From assembly GCA_023515795.1 (NCBI GenBank), contig JALGPX010000046.1:1-64000 (forward strand): 64,000 nt of DNA, written 5' to 3'. Within the stretch, counting starts at the first letter, position 1. Every line of letters begins with the position of its first letter. Below, one piece after another: positions 24,012 to 35,466 of this stretch. Below the pieces are notes generated by a model, which did not search any database, had not been told where the DNA came from, and saw only the letters and a list, made by a program, of their open reading frames with translations. This stretch comes from Amoeboaphelidium occidentale. Lineage: Eukaryota. A program made the translations under genes and the position numbers.

Positions 24012-25526
24012 ATGAAGGAGTTCTGGCGCAACTTCTTCTTTTTGATTTTACTATGGAAGAGCGCCTTTTGTGATGTTTTTTTGATAGCCCAGCTTTTTGA
24101 GAATAATACAAATTACCAGACATTGAAAGTGGACCAAGATTCCTTTCTGATACTGCCAAATGCTCCAATGAACGATCTTTATACTGCACAATTCAGGGCT
24201 ATGGAATACTGGGGTGATTCTGGTGGTTGCCAGTTTAATTCTACTAAGCAGATACCATCTGATGGCAATTTATACATGCTGATGGTCAGCGACAAGGATT
24301 GTGGATATAATACCAAGGCTGCGATCGCAAAACAGCTTGGCTTTAATGCAGTGCTTGTATATCACAATAATTCCAATTCTATAGAGGAACCTAAAGATCG
24401 TTTAGCGATTCCAGTTCTTGTTGTAAGTGAAGGTGCATCATCTGCCTTACAAATGGCTTACAGAAGTGTTTCCAATGAAACAGACAGGCGGTTTATGCAG
24501 ATCAATATAGAGTCTGATAATTCAGATGCGAGTGCCTTGTGGGAATTTACTTTAATAGTTGTGGTGGTTTTGCTTGGAATATCTTTTACTACTTCAGTTA
24601 TAATGCATTGTCACTTGTATCAGCTACGAAGGAGAAGGCAACGCGAAGGTCGAGGGCCTTTTGATCTTGAGATGAATATGCGTAATCGATCTAGTGTTAT
24701 ATCCCGGGTAGCTCTTGAAAAGTATCCTGTGAAAGTATATCAAGGCAAAGGCCGGCCTCCTTTGACTCCAGAAGCTGATACAACCGAAGGCTCAGAGACT
24801 GATCTTAAAGAAAGCAGTGCTGATTTGCTACCTGAAAAAGAAATTGATGGTTCCAACGATAATGCATCTTTAGAACTTCAACGTGAATCCCTCGAACATC
24901 AAGAACCTACAATACCACCCGAAGAAGTTGAAGATAATGACATTGATGTTTGTGCAATTTGTCTAGATGAGTTTGTTGTTGGAGATAGTTTTAGGCGTCT
25001 GCCTTGTAATCATCCGTTCCATGTAGACTGTGTTGATCCGTGGCTTACGACAAAGAACGCTGTTTGCCCACTGTGTAAATTCTCCCTCGTTCCCGCTGAA
25101 GATGAGAACCTAGAGTCTACACAAGACCTTGTGATCTTGGAGAGATCAGATTCCATGTCACCAGGTGGAAGATATGATGTGTTTGTTCAAACGGAGCGCT
25201 CAAGACAAACAGGGAATGAAGATAGCTACTATTCCGCGATTTTTCACAGGATTTTTCCTTCTCTGTTTCCGCTTTCAAATGATGTTCCCAACAATGAAGA
25301 AAACTCTACTAATGAGGTTCACGCAGAGGAGCGACAAGAAGGGGTCCAGGTTCCTTCTCCTAGCACAGCAAGTGCAGAAAGTGAAGATGCGATTGTTATT
25401 CAAGTCCAGGGTGTAAATGATATTGTTAGCCAAGAAGCTATGGCAGCGTCTGAACCAAGCCCTCAGTTAGAGATAAGTAAAGGAGGCCTAGACCATGTTG
25501 AGGTTGTAACAACGAATACAACATAA
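24012..25526 (+). CDS. PA-TM-RING-H2 E3 ligase (RNF13/GRAIL-like)
   Basis: Signal peptide, PA-like lumenal domain, TM, CAICLDEF...LPCNHPFHVDCVDPWL...CPLC. Confidence 0.88.
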   Translation: MKEFWRNFFFLILLWKSAFCDVFLIAQLFENNTNYQTLKVDQDSFLILPNAPMNDLYTAQFRAMEYWGDSGGCQFNSTKQIPSDGNLYMLMVSDKDCGYNTKAAIAKQLGFNAVLVYHNNSNSIEEPKDRLAIPVLVVSEGASSALQMAYRSVSNETDRRFMQINIESDNSDASALWEFTLIVVVVLLGISFTTSVIMHCHLYQLRRRRQREGRGPFDLEMNMRNRSSVISRVALEKYPVKVYQGKGRPPLTPEADTTEGSETDLKESSADLLPEKEIDGSNDNASLELQRESLEHQEPTIPPEEVEDNDIDVCAICLDEFVVGDSFRRLPCNHPFHVDCVDPWLTTKNAVCPLCKFSLVPAEDENLESTQDLVILERSDSMSPGGRYDVFVQTERSRQTGNEDSYYSAIFHRIFPSLFPLSNDVPNNEENSTNEVHAEERQEGVQVPSPSTASAESEDAIVIQVQGVNDIVSQEAMAASEPSPQLEISKGGLDHVEVVTTNTT

Positions 25527-25633
25527 TTGATTTAAATAAACGTTATTTGGACCCAAATGATCATACATGTTTCAAGTAAATCGAAAATAATTAAGAAGAA
25601 GCATTCGCCGCTTTAGATGAATATCAGCATCGT

Positions 25634-28041
25634 TTATTTCGACTTGGGTAGAATACTTGATATAAATTTTTTATACTCGCCGACAAAGTATTGTCCAAAG
25701 AAATGCTCAGCAAAATCAGAAACCAGATTGACACAAATCATATAGTCATTACCTTACGTTCCAGTCTTAAATTCGCCCTTCAATGAGGGTGCTGTATCTG
25801 GCAATTCGAATCGCATGTGAACAAACCTTTGATCTCCGATTTCTTCCGAACATTGAACAGAACTTTGTGACTGGTACCAATTCGCAGGATTCAAGGTTGC
25901 GATATTCTTCTAGCATTCATCAACGGTAACGTAACAAGTGCTTTGAGAGTTGGATGTCCACGTTGTTTTGATACAACAACAAAATACAGAGTACCGTAAA
26001 TCAGGTCCGGCATTAACAAGAGGTAAAACAACACAAGGAAACTCGCGGCTAAGCAGCTGTTGCAGAAGCATATTTGGGCCTGAGTCTTGTGAGCGGCAAT
26101 CAAGAATTCCGTCTGGTTTTCTAATTTCTGTATCTTGAGCCCACTTAGGCAAATATGAATTTAGCGCAGGATCTAACCACCACTCCTGCATAAATCGCAG
26201 AGTAACAAAAAGTTTCATCATATGTCCTCTCTCTGCAGGTGTCAGAGTAAGCATCCCAACAGCAGAAAACAATTGAGAAGCAAAGTATTTCATCAATAAT
26301 TGACCATCTACATCTGCCATATAATTTAGCCCAGCCGCAAGAACAATAGGCTCTGCCATTGTCGCCCACCATTCGCGTGAATCTTTTGAAATCATCACCA
26401 GACCTGTAGAAACCAGATCAAAATTTGGAGAATAAGCCACACTAGAACCATCACCGAATAAAAACACGAGACATAGCTTGATGAGCGTTTCTGATACAAA
26501 TTTGACCTCAAAAGCAGGCGAGTAACTGCTGTTTATCGGTTCAATAGTCCAATGTATACGTTCTTCCCAAAAAAAATACGGTGCTGTACTGGACAAAGAT
26601 GAATCGTAATTTGTCGTCATATCTCGAACATAACGTCGAAAACAACCCTCGACATCAGATGAATCGATTAATCGGTGCAAGAATGACATGAAGAATCTTG
26701 GTCGACCTTGTAGGATATTCGAAATCTCTTCATAAAGAGACAAATTCTTGGCGATATCAACTTTGAGCCATTTAGACATTAAATTGAAAATATGAGTTGG
26801 TTTCAAGAAGTTGAAATCAGTGAAAATATGAATGTTTCCTGGTTTGATCCCTGCAGCTGAGTACATCAAGTCCATGTTTCGGATTCGCATTTGTGTACCA
26901 CACCATATACTCTTCAAATTGCTTTTGATTATAAACTGCGACAGAAATGAAAAGAAAGGCCGCGGGAAAGCAAAACTACCATCCGGATTGATATTTCGCT
27001 GACCTGAACGTGATGACCTATAGTCAGAACTCAGAAGGTCCAGCACAAGTTGGGATTCATCAAAGATAACCCGTCCATCAAATTTTTCTTCCAAAGCAAC
27101 ATAGATATTAGACCACACAAGCCACGGGAGCTTTGAAAGCTTATCGAATATCGCACTGAACAGACTTTGGCTCCTTCTACTTCTTTGAATGCAAAGCCAA
27201 TCAAAACCTTGCAAGTTTTGATCGCCTTCTTGTAGGGTCTGTAAAACAAGTAATCGAACGGCGATTAGACATTCTATGAGCCTTGTTGACAGCGCCTCAA
27301 ATGCTTCTTGATTAGCCTCTTTTTTTTTGTTATGGGATTTTCGTAATAAATCAGATGTCATGGCATTAAAGTCAGCGTCCTGAACACAGTCGAAGTAAAG
27401 CCCCCAACATAATCGACAAAGGTCATAACATGTTCTTGTTTTGCCACAACCGCTGACCCCAATAAGAACAATGGTCTTATGAGTGGTCCCGTGTAGTTTA
27501 TCCACTGGCATTTCAATTTTCAACTCTTTTTCATCATCATAGATCTCTTCAGAGTACAAGAAATCAGGGATCCCATCAATGCTTTTGATATTAATTTTCA
27601 AAACACTGTTTTTCAAGTCAACGTATTCCGTTGACTCTTGTAATTTGAAGATGTTTTCCTTACCGTCAACATCCGGCTTTATCATTTCTTTAAGACGAGC
27701 AATAACCATTTCTGGAGTCTCTACGACATCAATTTCCATTCTATCGTTGAGCACAGGCTGTTTTCCCTACCAGTTGACATTAAATTGTTAGTCGCTGGGG
27801 GAGTGAGCTTCCTCTTCTTCTCCATCAGCAGAAATTCTTCTTGGCACAAGCTGGTGAGTTCAGCGGTGGCGGATTGCAAAAGAGCATTCAGATCGGCTCG
27901 AATGTCTGCTGGATTGCCCTCCACAATAGCCTTCTCCAGCCTCTCCTCCGCTTTCTCAAGTTTCCCCTTTGCTTTGGCGATCTCCGGCTGAATAGCGGCA
28001 ATGGCTACCTGTACTTCATCGAGTTGCTGTTGATAACTCAT
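25634..28041 (-). pseudogene. Crinkler-like coiled-coil + P-loop NTPase + putative REase gene, probably disrupted
   Basis: Walker A GVSGCGKT, Walker B-like IFDESQ, LQGRPRF, AEPIVL, AGPDL; frame continues through TAG (25910) and TAA (25754) to TAA at 25634; frame break near 27760-27795. Confidence 0.65.
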
Positions 28042-28216
28042 TGTATTATTGCAGAAGAGAAGATCTTGAAAGTTTTAAAGTTCTCTGACGCACCAAAGCC
28101 GGACAAATCATCGTTTAGTTAATCGGACCTCTACAGAATTATCGTTGGTGCGATATTACATGAATTAAAGAGCAAGAGCAAAGTTCAAAGCCTCTTAACT
28201 TTAGATTCTTCTATTC

Positions 28217-29410
28217 TCATTTGCTCTTCTTTGATCTATCTTCGCTCTGAGGGTATGGAATCGACAAGCATTTGATGCCCAAGTGTTTGCAGAACTTATC
28301 AATGATAACAAACGCCCAATGAATGTATCCAAACAGTGAGAATAAGAAGAAACCTACGAGGTACCCATACTCTGTTTCAGCAGTGAACACCCTTTTACCA
28401 AACAATACTTCTGAGTTTGCAAGTATTGCACCGAATATCAAAGGTATCTGAAGAATGGTGAAATAAGGAAAGGTCCATTTCGTCACATAAGCTTGAATAA
28501 TCTGAGAAGCCATTCTGCCAAACACAATTCCTGTCGCTCCAATAAACAATAGCATGTGCTTTCTTAAAATAACAGAAGTAGGAGAAGCTAACCAAAAGAA
28601 TGATGCCAAAGACCAAACTGCAAATGGAACAAGTTGCAACAAGGCAACTGCAAAGCTGGTATTATTCTTCTTGCATGCTTTATAAACAGCACGTAAGCTC
28701 AAAGGAACATGCATTAAAATAAGCAAAACACCCATTTGAAGAGCCAATGCATCAACAATTTTCCAGTTTGATGGAAGAGCTGTAGAGAAGGATGCAGGAA
28801 GTATAGAACTTAAAGGCAGTTTCCAAACAGCAGGACCATACAATCCAGATACAATTAAAACAGTGCATGCGATTACTAGCCCTTCAGTAGGACCGTTGAT
28901 GTATCCTAAATACAGAATACCAGTGTGATATTCCTCCCAAGTCGAAAAGAAGAATGCACAAATAGCCAAATATGCAACATATGCAGCGTACCAACTATTG
29001 CCTAATCCCATACCGGCGGCCTGAATAATCGCACCAAAGCAGCAGTTCAAAGCATCACAACCATGATCAAATAGCTCGCCCAATGGTGACGAAGAATTGG
29101 TTCTGCGTGCTTGCTTGCCGTCAACATTATCAAATGTCGAATAAACCCAGATGCCCAATGCGCAACTGAAATAAATCCACGAGTGCGACGGAGTTTCCAA
29201 GTCCGGAATGTAAATAGCTACCAAAAGCACGTTCAGCACGACGCAGAGTAAACCAAGCAGAGTGATCAGGTTTGGCGCCATCCACAATGGAAAGAACTGA
29301 ACCATATACGACCAATAAGGCTGCAACACATACTTTGACAGCGGGGACAAGTCAACAGCGCCGTATTTGTAGTACTTCAGATTCTTCAGGCCTTCTTCCG
29401 TAACGTACAT
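28217..29410 (-). CDS. Choline/ethanolamine phosphotransferase (EPT1/CPT1 family)
   Basis: DNVDGKQARRTNSSSPLGELFDHGCD CDP-alcohol phosphotransferase motif; WMAPNLIT. Confidence 0.93.
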   Translation of the reverse strand: MYVTEEGLKNLKYYKYGAVDLSPLSKYVLQPYWSYMVQFFPLWMAPNLITLLGLLCVVLNVLLVAIYIPDLETPSHSWIYFSCALGIWVYSTFDNVDGKQARRTNSSSPLGELFDHGCDALNCCFGAIIQAAGMGLGNSWYAAYVAYLAICAFFFSTWEEYHTGILYLGYINGPTEGLVIACTVLIVSGLYGPAVWKLPLSSILPASFSTALPSNWKIVDALALQMGVLLILMHVPLSLRAVYKACKKNNTSFAVALLQLVPFAVWSLASFFWLASPTSVILRKHMLLFIGATGIVFGRMASQIIQAYVTKWTFPYFTILQIPLIFGAILANSEVLFGKRVFTAETEYGYLVGFFLFSLFGYIHWAFVIIDKFCKHLGIKCLSIPYPQSEDRSKKSK

Positions 29411-29470
29411 TGAATGCAATAACGGTTTGACGTCTTTTCACCAGAATCAAAAGGCAAAGCTTGAGCCACA

Positions 29471-30633
29471 ATGTCTTCTTCTACCGCAAGGGAGTACGCT
29501 AATGTTAACAACGAAATGCCGCGCGATTATTGGGACTACGAAACTGCACAGATCACATGGGGGTACAATCTTAGAGGCGCACAAGTCTGAATTTTAGGAA
29601 TCAAGATCATTACGAGATAGTCAGAAAGGTTGGCAGAGGAAAATACTCGGAAGTATTCGAAGGCGTGGACATAAGAACGGATAGCAAATGCGTAATTAAA
29701 GTTCTTAAGCCCGTTAAGAAGAAGAAGATTAAGAGAGAAATCAAAATATTGCAGAATTTGGCTGGTGGCACGAACGTTGTCAATTTGCTCGATATCGTCA
29801 GGGAACCGCAGTCAAACACTCCCGCTTTGATCTTTGAGTGCATCGATAATACGGACTTTAAAGTTTTGTACCCGAGGCTTTCTGATTACGACGTTCGTTT
29901 TTACATTTTCGAGCTCTTGAAAGCGTTGGATTACTGTAATTCTAAAGGAATTATGCACAGAGATGTTAAACCTCATAATGTTATGATTGATCATCAGAAG
30001 CGACAGGTATTTGTTTATGGTTTGTGTGTGTTTTGCTTATTTCTGTAGTTGCGGCTGATCGATTGGGGTTTGGCTGAGTTCTATCATCCAGGCACAAATT
30101 ACAATGTTCGTGTAGCATCTCGTTACTTCAAGGGCCCTGAACTTTTGGTTGATTTTCAAATGTATGATTATTCGCTTGATATGTGGTCTCTCGGTTGTAT
30201 GTTTGCATCAATGATCTTTCGTAAAGAGCCTTTCTTTCATGGTCAAGATAATTACGATCAATTAGTGAAGATTGCTAAAGTTCTTGGTACTGATGAGTTG
30301 TTTGCTTACTTGAGAAAGTATGATATTAAGTTGGATCCACAGTTTGATCGTATATTGGGAAGGTTTGTTTAGCTTAGTGATAGTTTTGAGATGTAATTGT
30401 TTAGATATGCAAGAAAACCTTGGTCAAAGTTTGTTACAGAAGCTAATCAGAAGTATATTAGTGCAGAGGCTCTTGATTTCCTTGACAAACTACTAAGATA
30501 TGATCATCAAGAAAGACTGACTCCAAGAGAAGCTATGGCACATCCTTATTTCGACCCTGTTAGAGCTGTATGCACTGGCGCAGTCCCAGAAGCATTGAGC
30601 CCTGCTTCTTCAGACAAGATGGATCAATCGTAA
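29471..30633 (+). CDS. CKA1: Casein kinase II catalytic subunit alpha, 3 introns
   Basis: [57 protein letters not shown]. Confidence 0.95.
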
Positions 30634-30667
30634 ATTTAAAACTTGAAAGCAAAAAATATATGGTGTA

Positions 30668-31870
30668 TTAAAACGATTTGGACTTTAACATGCTGTAAAA
30701 GTCTGCTGTTTTGAATTTGGCCACATGAGAAGTGCAATCGTTACTCCCGAATGAGATCCACATGTCATCATTTAGCAACATTATACTCGTAACATAATTA
30801 ATTCTATCCGCAGTCTTGGACTTTGTGGAAGTGGGAATTGAGAACTCTTCAGAAACGTGTGTTATTTTGTAAGAACTTTCCTCAAGTTTCACAAGACGAT
30901 AAGCGTAATTGGTATAAGCTTTGAAATTGATCTCTCCATTCATGTAGAGCGAATTAGCATCATGAGATATTGCCAGATAGGAATTCGAGATCTTATCTCC
31001 CGTGACTCTGCCGAAATACTTTTCATCATCTTCTTTTGGTATTTCAACTATAGCGCTACCTCGTAGACCAGATTTTATGTTGGGGCGAAATTCCGTTTCA
31101 GCGTACACATAATCAACTTTTCCTCCGCCGAGATGCTGAACTATCCTTAATGGATTACTAGAATATAGAAATCGAGAGGTATTTGTTAAATGCAACCAAT
31201 TCTTTTGACTTGAATGGTACGACTTGAATGTCATATTATTGTACCAAAAAATCCCACTGAACTCCAATTTAGGCTCAGACTTCAACCAAACGGAATACAT
31301 GTTGGGTTTCCCAATAGTTTCAATTGTAAATAGAATCGATAAAGTGTCACTATTGATGAAGAATCGAGGATCTTCCGTGCCTTGATGAAATGCTTCAGCT
31401 GCGAATGCCTTGCTGTCCTTGACTCTCGTTTCAATAGGAACTTTAATAACATCACCACTAGCGTTTATCAGAACTACAGGATCCAGCCTTCCAACCACAA
31501 TAGAACTTACAGCAGGGATTGTCAGAGTATAAATACTCCGTACAAACCCGAAAAGACCACCGCACTGTTGCCTTGTAGATTCTCTTGCAGCTACGTACAC
31601 TCTGCCATGATAAAAGACTATTGAAGGATTCCAAATGGCACAAGACGAGTTACACATCAAACCACTCTGAATCTTCATATCCTCTGTGAACTCCAATTTA
31701 AACACTTCGAATGGAATGCTCAAGTTTGCCTGAATTTGTGCATTGTATGAATTATACAGAGTTGCAACTTCCAGTAGCCCAAGACATAATGACATGAATG
31801 CAACAGCTAAAAGAGGCATTTTTATTCGCCTTACAACTCGGACACATGGGATCCTTGGGTATGCCTTCAT
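30668..31870 (-). CDS. Type II membrane protein with five-bladed beta-propeller glycan-active domain (GH130/GT91-like)
   Basis: N-terminal TM anchor; WNPSI, EDPRFF, QKNW, LRGS, ISFGSND motifs. Confidence 0.55.
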   Translation of the reverse strand: MKAYPRIPCVRVVRRIKMPLLAVAFMSLCLGLLEVATLYNSYNAQIQANLSIPFEVFKLEFTEDMKIQSGLMCNSSCAIWNPSIVFYHGRVYVAARESTRQQCGGLFGFVRSIYTLTIPAVSSIVVGRLDPVVLINASGDVIKVPIETRVKDSKAFAAEAFHQGTEDPRFFINSDTLSILFTIETIGKPNMYSVWLKSEPKLEFSGIFWYNNMTFKSYHSSQKNWLHLTNTSRFLYSSNPLRIVQHLGGGKVDYVYAETEFRPNIKSGLRGSAIVEIPKEDDEKYFGRVTGDKISNSYLAISHDANSLYMNGEINFKAYTNYAYRLVKLEESSYKITHVSEEFSIPTSTKSKTADRINYVTSIMLLNDDMWISFGSNDCTSHVAKFKTADFYSMLKSKSF

Positions 31871-31909
31871 CAGACGTCAAACAACCTGAAAACGGACAAG
31901 TATCAAACT

Positions 31910-32677
31910 CTAGCCTAAAATGCTCTGCAGCACGGCATACAAGACATTCATTAACATTCCGACAACAATTCCAGCTTGCTGTCTTGTGCTAAACTGAAAG
32001 TACTTTCGCTGTACCAGAACCATCGACAGAATTCCACAGAAGAAGCCCAACAGAATAGAACATGACCATTCAAAGTAAGGGTCCAGATTATCTTCATCTT
32101 GTCCAGGGGTTTGAAACTGATTGTTAAAGAATGAAGCACTTAAACCCTCTGCAGCAGATAGATCTTCCATCCATGCTTCCTCTGCCATTAATTGTTCACG
32201 TGTCCAAGCATTATTTGATGTGGATACTGAAGACTGTTGAGGTTCGATTTCACCTGTTTCCAAATCAACATCATTACGCAATGCTGCACTTGAACTGAAA
32301 CGATTAAATCGATGAAAGTTCCGCCGCATATCCTCAATTTCCGTCTCTGACAGCCCAGCAGAGCGTAATCTATCAAATCCTAAAGCAGGCTCTTCTATTC
32401 TGGCTTGTTCGTCATTATTGCCAATAGAGCCCGTAGAGCTATGGTGACCAAGTGAAGCATGAAATATTAAAATCGACTCATAAGAGCTATTAAGCTCTGA
32501 TATCAGCATATCATCATTCTGCAAAACTTGGCCACGGAAAATGAGTCGTAGGAATTTCCGTTGATGTTGGTCTATTTCCTTCTGGACCTCCTGCTTTAGC
32601 TTTCCTATTGTCCATGAGTCCTCGTGGATTTCGTATTCTAAAATACGCTCTTGTTCACAGTAAACTCGAACTCGCAT
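31910..32677 (-). CDS. DSC E3 ligase complex subunit Dsc3-like (DUF2407)
   Basis: UBL (LRLIFRGQVL), GFDRLRSAGLSETEI..MRRNF, two C-terminal TMs. Confidence 0.8.
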   Translation of the reverse strand: MRVRVYCEQERILEYEIHEDSWTIGKLKQEVQKEIDQHQRKFLRLIFRGQVLQNDDMLISELNSSYESILIFHASLGHHSSTGSIGNNDEQARIEEPALGFDRLRSAGLSETEIEDMRRNFHRFNRFSSSAALRNDVDLETGEIEPQQSSVSTSNNAWTREQLMAEEAWMEDLSAAEGLSASFFNNQFQTPGQDEDNLDPYFEWSCSILLGFFCGILSMVLVQRKYFQFSTRQQAGIVVGMLMNVLYAVLQSILG

Positions 32678-32712
32678 GTTAAGGACGAGTTGTTTCTTAA
32701 AGATCAAGAGAA

Positions 32713-34409
32713 ATGAGTTCGAGAATTCTGTCTGAACTTGTGTGGCAAAATGATATTGAAGCACTCAATGATATCTTGATTAAATTTGAAAGAAAAGATA
32801 CAGAAGTTGACTATATCAAAAGCTTGGATGAGTGGGATCACAGAGGAAATACTCCTTTGCATCTGGCTTTGATGCTTGGTAGATCAGAAGCAGCAAGATT
32901 ATTGATGAAGGCTGGATCAAGTTGCAGTGCTATAAATGCAGAAGGATCTGATGCAATAGAAGAGGCATTGAGGTAAAGCAAAAGATCATGCAACGGTTAA
33001 TCTCTGGTTTAGATTTGGTGATAGAAAGATGCTACAGGAAGTTATTCAAAGAAGTTTCGAGGAAGATGCAAAATCTCTGATAAAAAAGAACGGCCCTTGG
33101 CAAAATCTAAATGACTGTCTGCCACAGGGATACTTTGAAGTTGAAGTGAAACTGAAGAGCAAAGTTCCTGTTATTGCAAAGATTTGTCCTCAAGACACGA
33201 TTAAGATATGGAAAACTAAAGATTCAGTCAGAGTGGACTGGGGTATTGCAAAAGTTATCGGATTCAAGATTGTAAGAGCTAGAATGAGTTTTGTCGGGAG
33301 AATACTTAATGAAGATTTAGTTAGAGCTGCTATCGTGAACCATGATGATAAAATTTACGAGAATATTATGCCATCTCCTTCAACTGGAATAATTCACGAC
33401 CTGGTTGACTCTTTTATGCGCTATGGAATTGTGAAGGATGAGATTCCAATACACGAATATGAGTGGAAGGTAAAGATCTTAAATGAGACAGGAGGCTAAT
33501 TATTAGGCTGCTCAAGCTCAATTCTCAGGCAAAGATAAGACAAAACACATCAAAAAGGGCAATTACAGCACCAAGGTCTTCAAACTGGATAATTTATCAT
33601 GGTTACAGCGTTTGAAAGTTCCAGTGTTCGAGAATGTTCATTACGAAGAGTGCACAGACAATTGTAGAACATCTCATTGTGTTAAAGATTACTTGAAATC
33701 AACTGCCACGGCCCTGGATGACGCAAAACATAAAATCGATACTCTAGAAGCGTTGCAGTTTGTCAGTGAATCCGATTTGATAGCAGAAAACAAAGCCGAG
33801 GAGCTGTTTAAAAATGGACCAGAAGAACCGACCGAGAAAGAAATAGGATTCATAGAGAAGGCTTTCAAAGAGAAACTTGGTAGAATATCAAAGCATGTTC
33901 GATCAGCAACTCGCAACTCTGTGATGTTCAAACCAAAAGCCGAGACATCAGTTGACACTAGACAAACCGTTGCGACACACATGAAGAGCACACCATACAA
34001 AGACATCATGGATGATATCTCTTATGAAGAGTACTTTGATCAACAAGATGACTTCAACTCTAATACGGTTGGCAGAGAATGGGATACTTCACAGATTGAA
34101 TACTCTCGCGACAAACCCATTCTACTCTACATGTGCAAAGACTTTCACGTATCTATTAGTGATCTGTTGCCTATTCTGGAATGGATATTAGCAAAGTCTA
34201 TTCCTGAGGGAAAGCTGAAACATTTTGTCCAGAGCAACAATATTTCTGGTTTTCCTGTTCGCGTAGAAATCCCAATAGTTTCAATGCTTGCACTTAAAAT
34301 CACTGTCACCAAATTCACGACGGATTTTAAAGTCCCTGGCCAAGATTTTTTCGATGTTCCTGATGGTTATAAACCTTCTGATATTTTGCCTTTCGTTTCT
34401 GAAGATTGA
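32713..34409 (+). CDS. Ankyrin repeat protein, ANKRD13-like, 2 introns
   Basis: DHRGNTPLHLALMLG, KICPQDTIKIWK, GFPVRVEIPI, FFDVPDGY. Confidence 0.8.
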
Positions 34410-34428
34410 GCCGATCAACTGTCGAAGC

Positions 34429-35350
34429 ATGCCACAAATCAAAGTCACAGAATTATCGACAGACTCAATAAAATTTACACTTTCAGATGCGGATCTCAGG
34501 TAAAGCATTCCATTGATCATCCAGCGCTTACCTTCTCCATAACAGTTTAGCCAACGCGCTGCGACGAATCCTGCAAGCAGAGATACCGACAGTAGCAATT
34601 GACTTGGTGGAATTTGAGAATAATACTTCTTGTCTTACGGATGAGTTCTTGGCCCATCGACTTGGCCTCATTCCGCTCTCAAGTCAGAATGTGCGACACT
34701 TTAAATACACTCGAGTACGCTTTCTTTGGATTTACAATAAGCTGACTTTATAAGGACTGTCAATGTGTACAGAATTGTGAAAACTGTTCCGTAGAATTGA
34801 CTTTAAATGTGCGGTGCGTCGAAAACAAAATGGATGTTACCAGCAGAGACTTAATCAGCTCGAATCCACAAGTCAGGCCGGTGTTCGTGAATGATAACGA
34901 TAGAGGAATATTAATTGCTCGCTTGAAGAAGAACCAAGAGATCAGAGTTAAATGTATCGCGAAGAAAGGTATCGCAAAGGAGCACGCCAAATGGAGTCCC
35001 GTCTGTGGCGTGGCTTTTGAATATGATCCAGACAATTTATTGAGACATGTTGACTATTGGTACGAAGAAGATAAGCAGAAAGAATGGCCAAAGTCAAAGT
35101 ACGCAGACGCTGATGTTACAGGTGAGATCTGGTCTGGAACATGATCTTACCTTTAGGCAATGAAACTTTCGATCCAGAAGCAAAAGCAGACAAGTTTTAC
35201 TTCTCCGTTGAAGTCACCGGCGCTTTAAGGCCAGAAGAAGTTGTTCAAAGTGCTTTGAACGTGTTACAGTCAAAAGTCAGTATTTTGCAGTTGGCTGTAC
35301 AGAACGAGTTGAAAGTTGATGCAAATGGAAATGCAGGAATGGTTCATTAA
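34429..35350 (+). CDS. RPB3: RNA polymerase II subunit RPB3, 3 introns
   Basis: [57 protein letters not shown]. Confidence 0.95.
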
Positions 35351-35466
35351 ATTAAAGGCTTTTTGTATATTTGTGACAATTGTTTTATTAAGCATAGTTC
35401 AAAGAAATCGTGGCAAATCTGTTTGCCCTTTGAACTTGTTCCAAAAGTGATCCTGTTACAGCTCAA

